Position numbers and translations under genes: made by a program. Positions 25,075 through 38,261 of a DNA stretch of 64,000 bases are shown here, piece by piece; the stretch's first letter is position 1; every line of letters begins with the position of its first letter. The stretch lies in NCBI RefSeq assembly GCF_009914755.1, contig NC_060932.1; one strand, given 5' to 3'. The DNA comes from the human T2T-CHM13v2.0 reference genome, Homo sapiens. The notes beneath the pieces are model-generated. The model saw nothing but the letters and a program-made list of their open reading frames with translations. It had not been told where the DNA came from and searched no databases.

Positions 25075-25861
25075 AAATATCTAGATATAAATACCAATCT
25101 ATCTATAAATACAGATATATCTTATTCTACTGTCTGTGTCTTGAATAGTTGGAGTTATTATTTTTTTATCAGTTCATTCTTTAGTTTTTCTACTTAAGAT
25201 TAGTTTGCACACTCCAATTACACTGTTATAATATTCCGTGTTTTTCTATGTACTTACTATCAGCAGTGAGTTTTGTATCTTCATATGATTTCTTATTGCT
25301 CATTATTATTCTTTTCTTTCTGACTGAGGTGTGTAGCATTTCTGATTGAACGCTTCAGTGTTTCTCATAGGACAGGTCCAGTGTTCATTAGGTCCTTCAA
25401 CTTTTGTTTATCTGGGAAAGTCTTTATTTTTCCCCCATGTTTGAAGGACATTTTCCCTGGATATACTATTCTAAGGTAAAAGTTGTTTTCCTTCAGTACT
25501 TTAAATATGTCATGCCACTCTCTCTCAACCTGTAATGTTTCCACTGAAAAGTTTGCTGCCAGACATGTTAGCAGCAAACTTTGTTTTTTTTCCTTTACTG
25601 CTTTTAGAATCCTTTATGTATCCTTGACCATTGGGAGTTTGATTGTTAAATGCGTTAAAGTAGTCCTTTTTGGGTTAAATCTCTTTGATTCCTAATTGCA
25701 CTTGAATATTGATATCTTCCGCTAGGTTTGGCACATCCTCTGTTATTATCCCTTTGAATAAACTCTCTATCCCTATCTCTTTGTCTACCTCATTTTTAAG
25801 GCCAATAATGCTTATAAATGCCCTTTTAAGGCTATTTTCTAGATCCTGCAGACTTGCTTAA

Positions 25862-26220
<359 letters not shown>

Positions 26221-28242
26221 AAGTGCCTTGTATTCAAGCTCACTAATTCTTTCTTCTGTCTGATCAGTTTACTATTAATAGTCTCTGATGCATTCCTCAG
26301 TATGTCACTTGCATTTTTCAACTCCAGATTTTCTCCTTGATACCTTTTAATTAATTCAATCTTTCTGTTAAATTTTTATTTGACAGAATTCTGAATTTCT
26401 TCTCTCTATTATCTTGAATTGCTTTGAATTTCCTCAACACAACTATTTTGAATTATCCATAGGAAAGGTCACATATCTGTTTCTCCAGGATTGGCCTCTG
26501 CTGCCTTATTTGGCTCATTTAGTGAGATCATGTTTTTCTGGATTGTCTTGATACTAATAGATGTTCATCAATGTCTGAGCATTAAAGAGTTAGTTATTTC
26601 TTGTAGTCTTTGCAGTGTGGGCTTGTTTGTACCTGCCCTCCTTGGGACAGCTTTCCAGATATTTGAAGAAACTTGAGTGTTGTGATCCAAGCTGTATTTG
26701 CATTTGAGGACACCAGAAGTCCAGTAACACTGTGGTTCTTGCAGACTTACAGAGGTACCACCTTGGTGGTCTTGGATAAGATTTGTGAGAATTCCCTGGA
26801 TTACCAAGCAGAAACTCTTGTTCTCTTCCCTTACTTCCTCTAATAAAATGGAGTCTCTCTCTCTCTGTGCTAAGCTCCCTGGAACTAATGGTGGGGTAAC
26901 AGAAGTATCCCTGTGGCCATCAGCACTGGGACCACACTAGGTCAGATGTGAAGCCACTATAGCACTGGGTCTCACCCAAGGTCCGCTGTAACCACTATCT
27001 GGTTACCACCTATGTTTGCTCAAGGCCATAAAGCTTTACAATCAGCAAGTGGTGAAGCCAGCCAGGTCTGTGTCCTTCCCTTCAGGGTGTTGAGTTCTCC
27101 CATGCTCTACATGGGTCCAGAGTTGCAGTCAGGAAGCCAGGGACTAAAGTCAAAAACCTTAGAAATATACCTGGTGCTCTATTCTACTGCAGTTAACCTG
27201 GCACTAAAACAATGAGACAAAGTCCTTCCCATTCTTCCCTCCTCTTTTTACAGGAAGAGCAGCCTCTCCCCCTGGCCACCATCAGCACACACCCATGAGA
27301 AGTACTGCCAGGCTACTGCTGATGTTCTTTTAAGACCAAAGGGCTCTTCAATTAGCTTGTGGCGAATGCTGCCTGGCCTGGGACTCACCCTTTTGGCAGT
27401 GAACTCCCTCTGGCCCACAGCAGGTCCAGAAATGCGATCCAAGAACCAAGGCCCGGAATCAGGGATCCTAGGACTCTGTTTGGTGCTCTACCCCGCTCTG
27501 GCCAAGCTGGTACCTGATTTTTCATTTTATGGAAGTGCTTTTTTTGGTGTACATAGTTTTTAAATTTGGTGTTCTTGTTGGGGGAAATGATTAGTAGAGG
27601 CTTCTATTCAGCCATCTTGTTTGACCCCTCTCCCGGTATTTCTTCATGATTTAGGTAAAAAGTCTTTGCCAGGGTGGAGTGAAAAAATAAAATGGAGATG
27701 AAAATATGTTATGTCTCCTGAAGAAAGATAATCTATACTACACTCAACTTCTTCTGGTGTTTTTAAAGTTGTAAATAAGACATTCTGTGGGAAGTATGGT
27801 TAGATAGATACATAGATAGAAATATGTAGATATTAGGATTTGCTTTTATTAGCTTAAAGAAACAAATCAGTTTGTCAGCATTGAGAACTGACTCCAAAAT
27901 AAAAAATTCCAAAGTTTTTGTGTTCCAACTGAAACTTAGGAACTTTGTCTAAAAAACTATTTAAAGTTATTTATAAAGCTACAAATTGCTCACGTGCTTA
28001 TTCTTTAGATGAGTGTTTTCCCTAAAAAACAATTATCTGTGCTACTTGTTTAAATTGTTTTGTTCTTTTAGTCAAAAATTAGGTAATATATGCTCAACTG
28101 AGCCAGAAAAGTGTGACAATAGCTTTAACTTAGTTTTATTATTTTCTATACTTCTCTTAATTGTTGAATTTGTAAGCTTGATTACTTGAACTGTATCTTC
28201 AATGATTAAGAAATGAATAACTCTTTTTTAAAGAATAAATTT

Positions 28243-28542
28243 AGTAATCCCAGCACTTTCGGAGGCCAAGGTGTACAGATCATATGAAGCCAGGAGTTCA
28301 AGACCAGCCTGGCCAACTGGGTGAAACCCCTTCTCTACTAAAAAAAATACAAAAATTAGTCGGGTATGGTGGTGCATGCCTGTAATCCCTTTACTCAGAA
28401 GTCTCAGCCACAAGAATTGCTTGAATCCAGGAGGTGGAGGTTGCATTGAGCTGAGACTGTGCCACAGCATTCAAGACTAGGAGACAGAGTGAGATCTTGT
28501 CTCAAAATAAATAAATAAATAAATAAATAATAAAAATAAATA
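28243..28542 (+). mobile_element. Alu (old, slightly 5'-truncated) with (AAAT)n tail
   Basis: gtaatcccagcactttcggaggccaagg...gtctcaaaataaataaataaat. Confidence 0.93.
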
Positions 28543-28639
28543 ACTAATTTACAAAATCAAAGACCTTAAAAGTAGCAAATATGACATTTAACATTCTTAT
28601 CATTCTGCAGATTTTTTTTGAGTGTCCTTTTGGAGCAAT

Positions 28640-28825
28640 TAGTCTCAGTCTTGATTGCCAGTTATAGTCACACTTGGGGCTTTATAAACAAATTAACAAA
28701 CAAACAAAGCAGTGATGCCTGGATTCTATCCTTAAAAATCATGATGTATTTGTCTGGTAAGTGCATAGTCATCAGGCTTTTTAAAAGGTCCTCAGATGGT
28801 TCTAACATTCAGACAAAATGGGAAT
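28640..28825. mobile_element. MER5-like MITE
   Basis: gcagtgatgcctggattctatcc...tttttaaaaggtcctcagatggttctaacattcag. Confidence 0.5.
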
Positions 28826-29234
28826 ACTTTTTAGAGAAGTTTCCAGAGATACATTTCTTTGCCTATGAGATGACACATTTGGAAGCCAATTGAGCTGCTC
28901 AATGCTTGCTTTCATGTATTTATTCACGCCTAAGGTGAGGTAACTGAGTATGAGAAGTATTTACCACTTCCTATATTTCTCTATTTAAGATAATATCTGA
29001 AGAAATCAGATTTTTTATTAAATAGGGAGAATATGAGGATATAAAATTACTGGTGGATGAAGACAGAAATTAAGACTCTTTTAAATTTTAAAAAGGGTCA
29101 TTAGTAACTCCTTTAGAGAATGTAGAACCAGTAATCAATAAGCAGATCTCATTGTGATGCATTAGTGTTAGAAATTTCCAATTATTTTAAATGTGCACAC
29201 TAAAAATCTCTGAGGCAAAAACAGAATAATAAAA

Positions 29235-30280
29235 TCCTCCTTACTTAATTCTAAAATTTACAAAGAAATGTGAAAAGCCAAAAATGGATCAAATTTGGAA
29301 GACTCATGCTCACTTAAAGTCTTACTATTAAGTTATTATGATAGTCAAGAATAGTATTGGCATAAAGCAGAAAAATAGATGAATTGAAGAGAAATGAGAG
29401 TTTAGAAATAGACATACATATGGTTAGTTGATTTTTGACAAAATTACCAGAGGAATTCAATAGAGAAAGGATTATCTTTTCAACAAATAGTGCTGGAAAA
29501 TTGGCTATCCCTATGCCAAAAATAATAATTTGATTGATACCTCTCAATCTGTATAAAAATTGCTTAATATAAAAAATCATAGACCTAAATATAAACTTTA
29601 AAAACATAAAACTTCTAAAAGAAAACATAAAAGAAAACCTTTATGACCTTAAGTTAGGCAGAACTTTTTTTAGAAATGACACCAAAATGTGATCCATAGA
29701 AGATAATATTATAAATACATTTCATCAAAATTAAGAACTTCTGCTTTTCAAAAGACACTGTTAAGAGAATGAAAAGACATAGATAAGAAGAATATATGTG
29801 CAAATCACATATGTAAGAACTCATACGCAGAATGCTTATTAAAACTCTCAAAACTCAACAGGACAAGAAAAACTCAATAAAAATAGACAAAAGATTAAAA
29901 GACAATGCCCCCGAGAAGATATGCAATTATCAAATAAATATATGAAAACATGCTTAACATCATAAGTCATTAGAAAAAAGAACAAAACCACAATAGATAC
30001 CACTGTATACCTATTAAAAGATCTAAAATTTAACAGACTGAATATACCAACTACTGTCTAGGAGGTACGTAAATTGCTAATGGGAATGTGAAATGACCAA
30101 GGGTGCTGGACTACAAAGGATCATGGGAAATTTTGAGGGAGGAAAAAACTGTTCCATATTGTGATTGTGGTGGGGGTTACATGACCATGTGATATCAAGA
30201 CTTGCAGAATTATACGTTACTAAAAAGAATACATTTTACTGTATGTAAATTATACCTTAATTTTTTTAAGTGGAAAAAGT
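29235..30280 (+). mobile_element. Old LINE-1 (L1MD/L1ME-like) ORF2 end and 3'UTR with internal deletions
   Basis: ttgatttttgacaaa..atcttttcaacaaatagtgctggaaaattgg. 3' end ttttactgtatgtaaattataccttaa. Confidence 0.85.
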
Positions 30281-30699
30281 TCGAATAAGAAGTCCACATA
30301 TGATGGCTAATTGCTTCCCTAATAAATGTGACTCTAAATATATCTAAAAATTGCCCTATGTTGACTCAGCCCCAGCTGGATTCCAACTCAGCACTCAACA
30401 ATGCCCTGGATGAGAGCTTTGCCCAGTGTTGACTCATTTGTACGTCAGCAACAAATCCTCCCATTCTGGGCTTTACTGGAGACACTAAGGATAAGCTGAG
30501 GGTGTGTAATATTTAGCCTGGGTAAGTCCAAGAGCCAAATCAAGGACAAACAATGCTCCCTCACTGTAGAACACAGTGATTATACATAGAGAATAACCCC
30601 CACCACAGGACAGTGCTATGAGACACTAGAATCATTGCAGAGGAAAGCACATTTCCAGAACCCTAATGAAAGAATATGGGTACCTGACTCTCATGAGTC

Positions 30700-30800
30700 C
30701 TTTCATTCATCACATATTTACTGAACACATTCTCAGCACAAGGCACAGACTGGACCCTAGGCACACTGATTCAAAAGTTGGGTGAAGTTCTGTTCTTCAT
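30700..30800 (-). mobile_element. L2 3'-end fragment
   Basis: ttcattcatcacatatttactgaacacattctcagcacaaggcacag. Confidence 0.5.
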
Positions 30801-33349
30801 GAAAGGAGAGAAACTAGGGTATTCACTTGTGAAGATAAATCCACATGCAGAGAGCTCACATGATTACTTTGAAAGCTCCAGGTCCACACAGCCGTCATTT
30901 GCAGAGATTCATTCCTCCCCAGTAGAACAAAATATTGTAAGTACTTTTAAGTAAATATGCATTTAGGAATTAAGGATGTAGCATGATCTGAAATGTCAGT
31001 GACTTGAGTCTGTGGGGATGAGAAGTGATCTAAGAAGCAAGTAGACTAACTGATTCAATAGGAAAATACATATTCATTTCTTTTTATAAGACTGCCTTGC
31101 AAATTAGAAAATATACATTAATTAATACAATTTAGCTAACTGTTAACATTACACTGCCTACTCTCCTATAAATTATGTATGGAAAAATTCACACACTCAC
31201 CTACAAACATAAGATTGTGTGATTAAAATGTCTTGTGATATGCTTGTTTCATGCCAAGTTAATTTAATGCATTAGCTTGGATCCTTTTTAATGTCCTTTT
31301 GAAATTACACTTTATATAAACATAAATCATTTGGTTAAGTCAATTAGCGTAGAGTATGAAGCAAACAAGAGTACTAAACTACTGTTTATGGGCACACTTT
31401 TCTGTGTTTATGACTGTAATTCTCAAAGCACAAGCTTGTAGAGCCATCAGTTCAGGAATTTGGAAATGTCTGGCGTCTGCTGTAAAGAATGCAGTATCTA
31501 TGTTTACAGCAAAGGTGTGACCTGAATTCTAACAGAGGCAAAGCAACCCAGACAATCTAGTCTCATTCAACACACACCCCATGGCTGCCGGTGGGAACAC
31601 TGTTGCTATTCTCATCCCATATTCCTCCTGCAAATGTGCAGGCTAATGTTGATGTCTTGGAGGCATAATGTGATTTATTAAGAGATATAAATTTCCTAAA
31701 TATGTGGCTAACAAATGGGTTTAGAATTCTGGGTTCATGGAAGTTTAAGTAGACAAGGTGGGGAAAGGAAGAAGGGAATTATCATGTATCAGGCATATTC
31801 TAAGAAGGTGCTTTCCTGTGTCATTTACATTAATTATCAAAATAAACCACAGATATAGCTAATAATAGCCTCGCATCATATGTGAGCAATCTGATGTAGC
31901 TGCAGTCTCTATGGTGTTATTTAAAGGATGTCTGCGAGGAGCAGGAAGCCTTCATCCTCAATGCTCCTCTAACCCTAGTCTTTCCATCTAAAATGCGTAA
32001 AACTCCAGATTGACTGCAGAGTTATACTGCTCATTGGGTTAAGGCAGTGTTTTGCAGTGTTTTCCACTCAAGACATTTGTATTAACATGACCTGGGGTGC
32101 TTGCAAACGATGCATATTCCTGTTCCCCACTTGTTTTTTTTAAATTGCTAGGATTTGGGATTTAAGAATGAGAAATCATAATATAAATTATAATCCTGTA
32201 TAATCATAAATTATTTTCTTATTTTTATAACATGTTTATGTTTTAAAATAATAATGTGACCATAATAATAAAAAATAAATCATTTTTATGATACAGTTAT
32301 AATAGAAGTTTCAGTGGTTTTCTGTAAAAAAGAATAACAAAAGCATGGCTTATTATTATTAACAAACATATTGTGGCAAGATCATATATTTCAATTGCAT
32401 GCAAAATTGTTCTGTACTTAATATAGACTTTGAGAACAAAAAATATTAAAATATAGGAACACTGATGAGAAGTAAATATCATATAAAAATATTAAACATT
32501 TCACAAATATTAAATATTTAAAAATTATTCTCAAAATGAAAATTTTAAACATACAAAGCATTCATTTCCCCATCTGATAGTCTTGATATTTGCTTCTTGA
32601 CAGATATTCTAGATACAGAAGATTTTCTTTCATTTTGATCCAATTGATGAGAGTGCCTCCAAAAGCATCTTCAAGTTGGGCTTTAGGATACTTCATAGAT
32701 TTTCCCCTTTATCAAGGAAATTACTTGGTCTGCTTGTTCAAATTTTGCTTGTTTTTGCTGTTTTTGGTAGAAGTTCATATTATTATAATTAATTCATATT
32801 CACCCATAGTGAATATTCAGATACTAAACAATGCCAGGGAACATTACTGACTAGTATTGGAATAACAAAATATCTGGTATCATAGCAATATTAACAGCTA
32901 TAAAGTGAATTACATGTAGGCAATTATTAGTTTCACTTTCAAAATTTATTTTTTCAGACACCTAGAATTTGTATAAAAGAGATCATGCATAAACACTTAT
33001 AAATATTTATTTTAATTTCAAGAATGACTCATTCTGATCAGCAGACAGAGCCATAAAAGCATGCTTAAAATATGGAAACAGCTATAAGCAAGACTGACTA
33101 ATGGCATCCTGACTGCTGAGCTTGTTCTTTTCTCCTGTCTTTGATCTCAGAATAGCAGACCTTGAATTTCAGCTCTGTGTGTAAGAATTTCCTACTCTTG
33201 CTTGACTGGAGTCCAGTTTCTTTGAGCTAAGATAGATTCTATGTCCATTGGTAAGCTTTAATTCTTACAAGAGAATTACAATATCCTTTCCTGTGTTCCT
33301 GATTTGTTAATGATTTTTTTAAGTATTGTGAAAAATATCTACATTTTCT

Positions 33350-33500
33350 GAGAACTGTCAGGAAAAAAATCCCTACTCAAAACACTGTGCCCTATCATCA
33401 GAGATTTTAGTAGACTGGGTATGAGGCAATGCCTGAGAGTCTGTATTTTGAATAAGCATCCAAGGTGATTCACATGATCACCAAAGTTTAATAACTACTT
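33350..33500. mobile_element. MER5-like MITE fragment
   Basis: cagagattttagtagactgggtatgaggc..tctgtattttgaataagcatccaaggtgattcacatg. Confidence 0.55.
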
Positions 33501-34337
33501 GGTTGCCTTTTGAGTGTTCTACGTTAAAATTTAAGTATCTCTAGATAGGGTATTATAATAAAGTATTATCAACCACTGTCACCTTATAGAAAACATATTA
33601 CATGTTAGCTCTAGTTCAGGGCAGAATGCTGAAGGGTTTTGAAGGAGCTGGATCCCTGAAGGTGGTCCTGAAGGAGAAAGGGTTAATCATGAGACTGGGT
33701 CTAGATGAGCCTTTCTGTGTGGCATTCTGGTAAACTATGGAGAGAACTGAGTGCAATCAGTAAGAAAAAAAGAGAAGAGAGAATGTTAATGTGAGAGAGA
33801 AGAAAACTTTGGTGGTTAAATCAATTTAAGCTACCTCACTATTCTGCATAGGTGTTTTCTACTGGTGTGAGAGGTATGAAGAGGAAGGAAGTTGAGGGTC
33901 TGAGATTGTAATTGCCTTCTGGCAGGTTGGGGCAGGAGGAAGCTGCCCATGGGAGCAGAGCTTTAGCAGTGTGGGAAAGCAGATGTCTATACTGTGCAGG
34001 AGAACACCGTGATGTGGTCATCAGCTTGGACGTCAGGATTTGGAGTTTAGGATTTCTATTGAAGAAGTGGCTACTTAAAGCTAAACAAGGTAAGTTTTTG
34101 TTTTTGTTTTAAAAAGGTACTAGAGAATTAGGAAAAATCTGTTGGTGGATTTGCCAAAGTAAGTCAGAGAAACATGATGGTCTGGATGCAAAATCTCCTT
34201 TTAGATGAGCCCCTTTTAATGCTGCAAACATGTTTCCAACAATACTCTTTCTAACAGCACCATGAAATGACTTATTCTGAACAGAGGCTGAAAATAACAA
34301 GATGGAGTCTTTGGTCTGAAGGAGATGGCAATTTAGC

Positions 34338-34495
34338 CTCAATATTCAAAGTGTAGCTCAAGCACCAGCAGCATCAGCATCACCCTGCAGCTTGTTACAC
34401 AGGCAGAATCTTGGGGCCCAGCTCAGACCTACAGAATCAGAATCTTTATTTTAACAAGCAGGTGATCATAATGCTCACTAGTTTGAGAAGCACTG
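34338..34495. mobile_element. MER5A MITE (copy 1)
   Basis: accagcagcatcagcatcacc..cttgttacacaggcagaatcttgggg...cagacctacagaatcagaatct...agtttgagaagcactg. Confidence 0.85.
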
Positions 34496-34502
34496 AACTA
34501 GG

Positions 34503-34695
34503 GCTGGGGTTCTCAAACTTTAGCATGCATCAAAATCAACTGGAAGGACTATTAAAGCACAGTTTGCTGGGTCCCATTCTCAGAGATTCTGATCCAGTAA
34601 ATCTGGGATGTGACCCAGGAATCTGCATTTGTAATAGGCTCTCCAGTAGGTTATACTAACATTGCTGATCCAGAGGCCATATTTGGGGAACCAAT
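34503..34695. mobile_element. MER5A MITE (copy 2, opposite orientation to copy 1)
   Basis: ggttctcaaactttagcatgcatcaaaatcaactgg...gattctgatccagtaaatctggg...ccaggaatctgcattt. Confidence 0.85.
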
Positions 34696-35399
34696 AGACT
34701 AAGTAATGCAAACTCTGTTACAGCCGTGTAGTTCCACACTTCCCCTTTTTTAATTTTAATAAGAAAACTTCTCTGTTTCCGTCGTCTGGCTCTTATATTT
34801 TATTTCATTCTGTACTATGTAACATGTCAGCTAGAATTGCTTCTTGACAATGTTTCTTTCTGTCAGTTCATAACTGAGATTTAATTATAAGGTTAAACCC
34901 CAGGATGGATGCCCTATACAGAAGGGATGTCCTACCATCAGACTACTTATAAGTAGATCTTCATCTGTCCTACATAGTACTTTAATCACAGAGGTCTGTG
35001 TCCTATTTTATATGACTCTTTCAGCTATAGATGATTAGATGAGGGCAGGTCATGAGGCTCAAGGAAACCAGGCTATATATCAAGCTGGACAGCAGCTAAT
35101 GGAAACATAGTCTTTAAAAAAAAAAAAAACCCTGTCTAAATAATGAGAATGCAATGACTAGTTGGACTTACTAAATTCTTTTACTCGGAAATTTAAACTG
35201 GCTATATAAGAAGTGAGTTTTTTAGGTAGCCAAAGCACAGGTTAAAAGACGTACATTGAGAATGCAGTTAGTTGAGCAAAATCTGCTATGGTAGGAACAT
35301 ATTCATAAAGTGATAGAATCATTCTGAATAGAACTGGTGTTTTGGTGAACAAAACATCCTGGAGGTTATTAATACTTTCAGTCAAATATTTATTCTGGA

Positions 35400-35930
35400 A
35401 GTAGGTAGATTGTACTGCTTGGTTCCCTCTTGGTTGGATGGGGTGTGTGTGTGAGTGTGTGTGTATGTCTAAATCCTGGGAAAAAAAGGTGAGGGGCACA
35501 CACAAACAGAATAACAGAAGAATACTTTAATAATGAGATTATTGCTAAGTTGCGGCAGGATTTAAAGAACCCAATAAATGACAGTGCAGAATCCTAGAGC
35601 CAGCAAGAGGAAAGAGCTGCCATCCCTAGGCTTGAAGAGACAAGGGAAGGGAGTGGTTATATGGTTTATAGAACCCAGAGAGGGTAGCTGTACAGAGAAG
35701 GCTGACTGATTGGAAGAGGAGCACAGCCAATCCATTGTGACCCAGAATGGAGGAAACTGGGACAATAAAAATTCAATCTGCCTTCCCTGTGCCTTCCAAT
35801 CTCCTACAGATGCCTCTATTGGTTGAACCCAACTTGAAGTCTTAAGATAAGGAAGCAGCCTCCCAGGACACAGAATAGCATGGGGAAGTGTGCAGTGTGT
35901 GTCCGAAAAGGTAAATGAAAATATTTAGTA
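35400..35930 (-). mobile_element. Ancient MLT1-class (MaLR) LTR
   Basis: gcctctattggttgaacccaac...aaggtaaatgaaaatatttagta resembles the termini of old MLT1 (K/L-like) LTRs. Confidence 0.5.
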
Positions 35931-35934
35931 TAAG

Positions 35935-38261
35935 TGTGGCAGAGAGGCTAGTTCTCCCCAGTGACTAGGCAAAAGCAATCTATGTCATTTACTGGCAGAG
36001 AATTTGTTTACTGATCAGAGACCCCTTTAATGTTCAGAAATGCTTTGAATTTTAGCTCTTTTTTTCAGCCTGGGTTTTAGAATAAGGATGACCAAACAGA
36101 GTTTTCAGTTGACTCTTGGTGAGCATATACTACAAATGAGAAAAAAAAACACATAAGATCTTAAGACCCTACATTAAAAAATTATCACAACAAAACTTAA
36201 CCTATACTGTTGATACAGATGGTGTTACCTATAATTGGCATATTATCATAAGCAAACAGTAAAACATCTGTCATTACTTTAGGGAACAGATAGAAAAATG
36301 TCAGAGAACTGATATTTGAAGCTAGAAGGGTGACAATTCATATTATTTGGTGATGAAATACATGATAAAACTTGATCTACGTGTTTTCATTCACTTTAAA
36401 TGCAGATAGTGTACCAAATGAACTTGTAAGTCTAGGGAAAGAGATTGGTACAGAACAGTTATCCAGATGGCCTTGAACAGACCCTGTTCCCTCTCTCTTT
36501 CTTGCTTATAGTACTCCCAGAATGTGCTGGGAATGCAACATTCTCAGATAGGGAGGGAGGTACTGGCCAGAACAGCTAGGTTCTGTTCCAGTCACCAGCC
36601 TAGAAACAAGATGTTTTTCAATGCTTCAGCCCAGCAACTCCTCTTACCCCAGAGTATAAAACCCAGGGCAGGCTGCTTTCTGAAGTCTCTCAGCTGTGGT
36701 ACAAGTGTGCAACTTTTAGACAAGACTCCACCTCCCTTCTAAGCTGTAGGGGGACTAGTTTGCAATAAATCATAGGCTTCTGTTGTCCCTTGCTACCTAT
36801 CTGTAAATAATAAATCAGCTCCGTGTGACTTGTGGCCATGAGTATATTCTCACTCACTGGATTCACACAAGTTAGTAATCAGTGCAGAGTGAGCCTGCTT
36901 CACAACTGGAAAACAAAAAATTAGAAAAATGTGTGAGCTACTATTGATAGTTGACAAGGAGAAAGAAAGCGAGACAGAGGGGCTCAGAAAAGAATTAGCT
37001 AACTTGCAAGCTGGAATTAAAGAGAATAGTTTGTAATTTTAGCTACAGAGCCTTGTAAGCGGCAGATGATTATCATCCTCAACTGGTGAAAGGGAAAACC
37101 AAGATAACTTTTTACAAATAAGGGTCAATTAGAATGAATCCTCGTGACAAGCTTCAAACACGTGGCTGCCACGTTCATTGTGAAATCTCAGAATGGATTG
37201 AACTATCTTCAGGTACAGACTCAAATAAGCCTATGATATCCAGGAAATCTATTGATTTGAACAAAATGGCTAAAGAAAAAGAAACTAAACATATATCTCG
37301 CCAGCCAAAATCTGAAAGGGTCAAGTATTTACAATTAAGACAGGAAGAAAAAGATTAGGATGGAATATAAGTTAACAAAGAAAATAATAAGTCTAAACAA
37401 GTATAACTAGAAAATAACTGTGGGTGTGGTTATTTGCATATGAAGCTGACTTAAATAGGTGAGACGTCTACAAAGTTTTAAGGAGAGTTTTACTGCCAAA
37501 ATAACCATAAGCTTGGGTTAAAAATCTTGTGATTTGGGGGAGTGTGATTGTACTTATTCTGTCCTTGTTCCAGGGCTGGATATTGGATAGAGGGTTTGAT
37601 GAGAACTTTTTAGTTCATTGGTCTTCAAATCAAAAGGCGTTAGGGATACACTTGATGTAAAGACAACTGTGCATAACATTCTAGAAAAAATAAAAAACTA
37701 ATCAACAACATCGGAGATACTGGGTTTACGCTTGATGCCACGACCAGATGGCATCTTATATCTAACTCCCTAGAAGAGAGGGTGACCACATCATTTCTGC
37801 AGGAGAAGGAGAAGGTACTTGAGGAACAGCATGTTGAACCGTAGTATTCATTAGTAATATTTAGCAAAATATTTCTGGCTCTCTTTCTTCTGGGCACTCG
37901 ATAACTTCTCAGGATTGGAATGCCTGACTCTGTATTTGAATGGGGGCCATATGACTACTTCTGACCAATGAGTGGGGAAAAAAAGTGATGCATGAAAGTT
38001 CTTCACTGGAATATTTAATTGCTGATACAAGATCCTCCAAAGCTCTTCAGTTCTGCCTCCGGGTCCAGCAGTATTCCAGAGGGTTGCTCTTTATTCTAGC
38101 TCCAGTGTATGAACAATCCAGAACAAAGAACCACCTTGATTCACAATAGACACATCATATGAGGCAGAAAGTATCATATGGTATTTTAATTCTGTGAAAT
38201 TTGGGAGATTGTCTTTTATCTCAGTATGATTTAGCTCTTCCTGACTGATACAAACATAGTT
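35935..38261 (+). mobile_element. Probable MLT1J-like MaLR element: 5'LTR remnant (~35935-36217), internal region (~36218-37840), 3'LTR (~37840-38261)
   Basis: 5' piece starts tgtggcaga and ends cctatactgttgataca. Internal gaacttgtaagtctagggaaagagatt..aaagaattagctaacttgcaag resembles MaLR-int. The 3'LTR has ggccatatgactacttctgaccaatgag and ends cctgactgataca. Confidence 0.65.
36449..36904 (+). mobile_element. ERV-L-type solo LTR (LTR47-like) nested in the MaLR internal region
   Basis: 5-bp TSD attgg (36444-36448) / actgg (36905-36909). TATAAAA at 36655-36661, AATAAA at 36809-36814, ends ...cttcaca. Confidence 0.75.
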
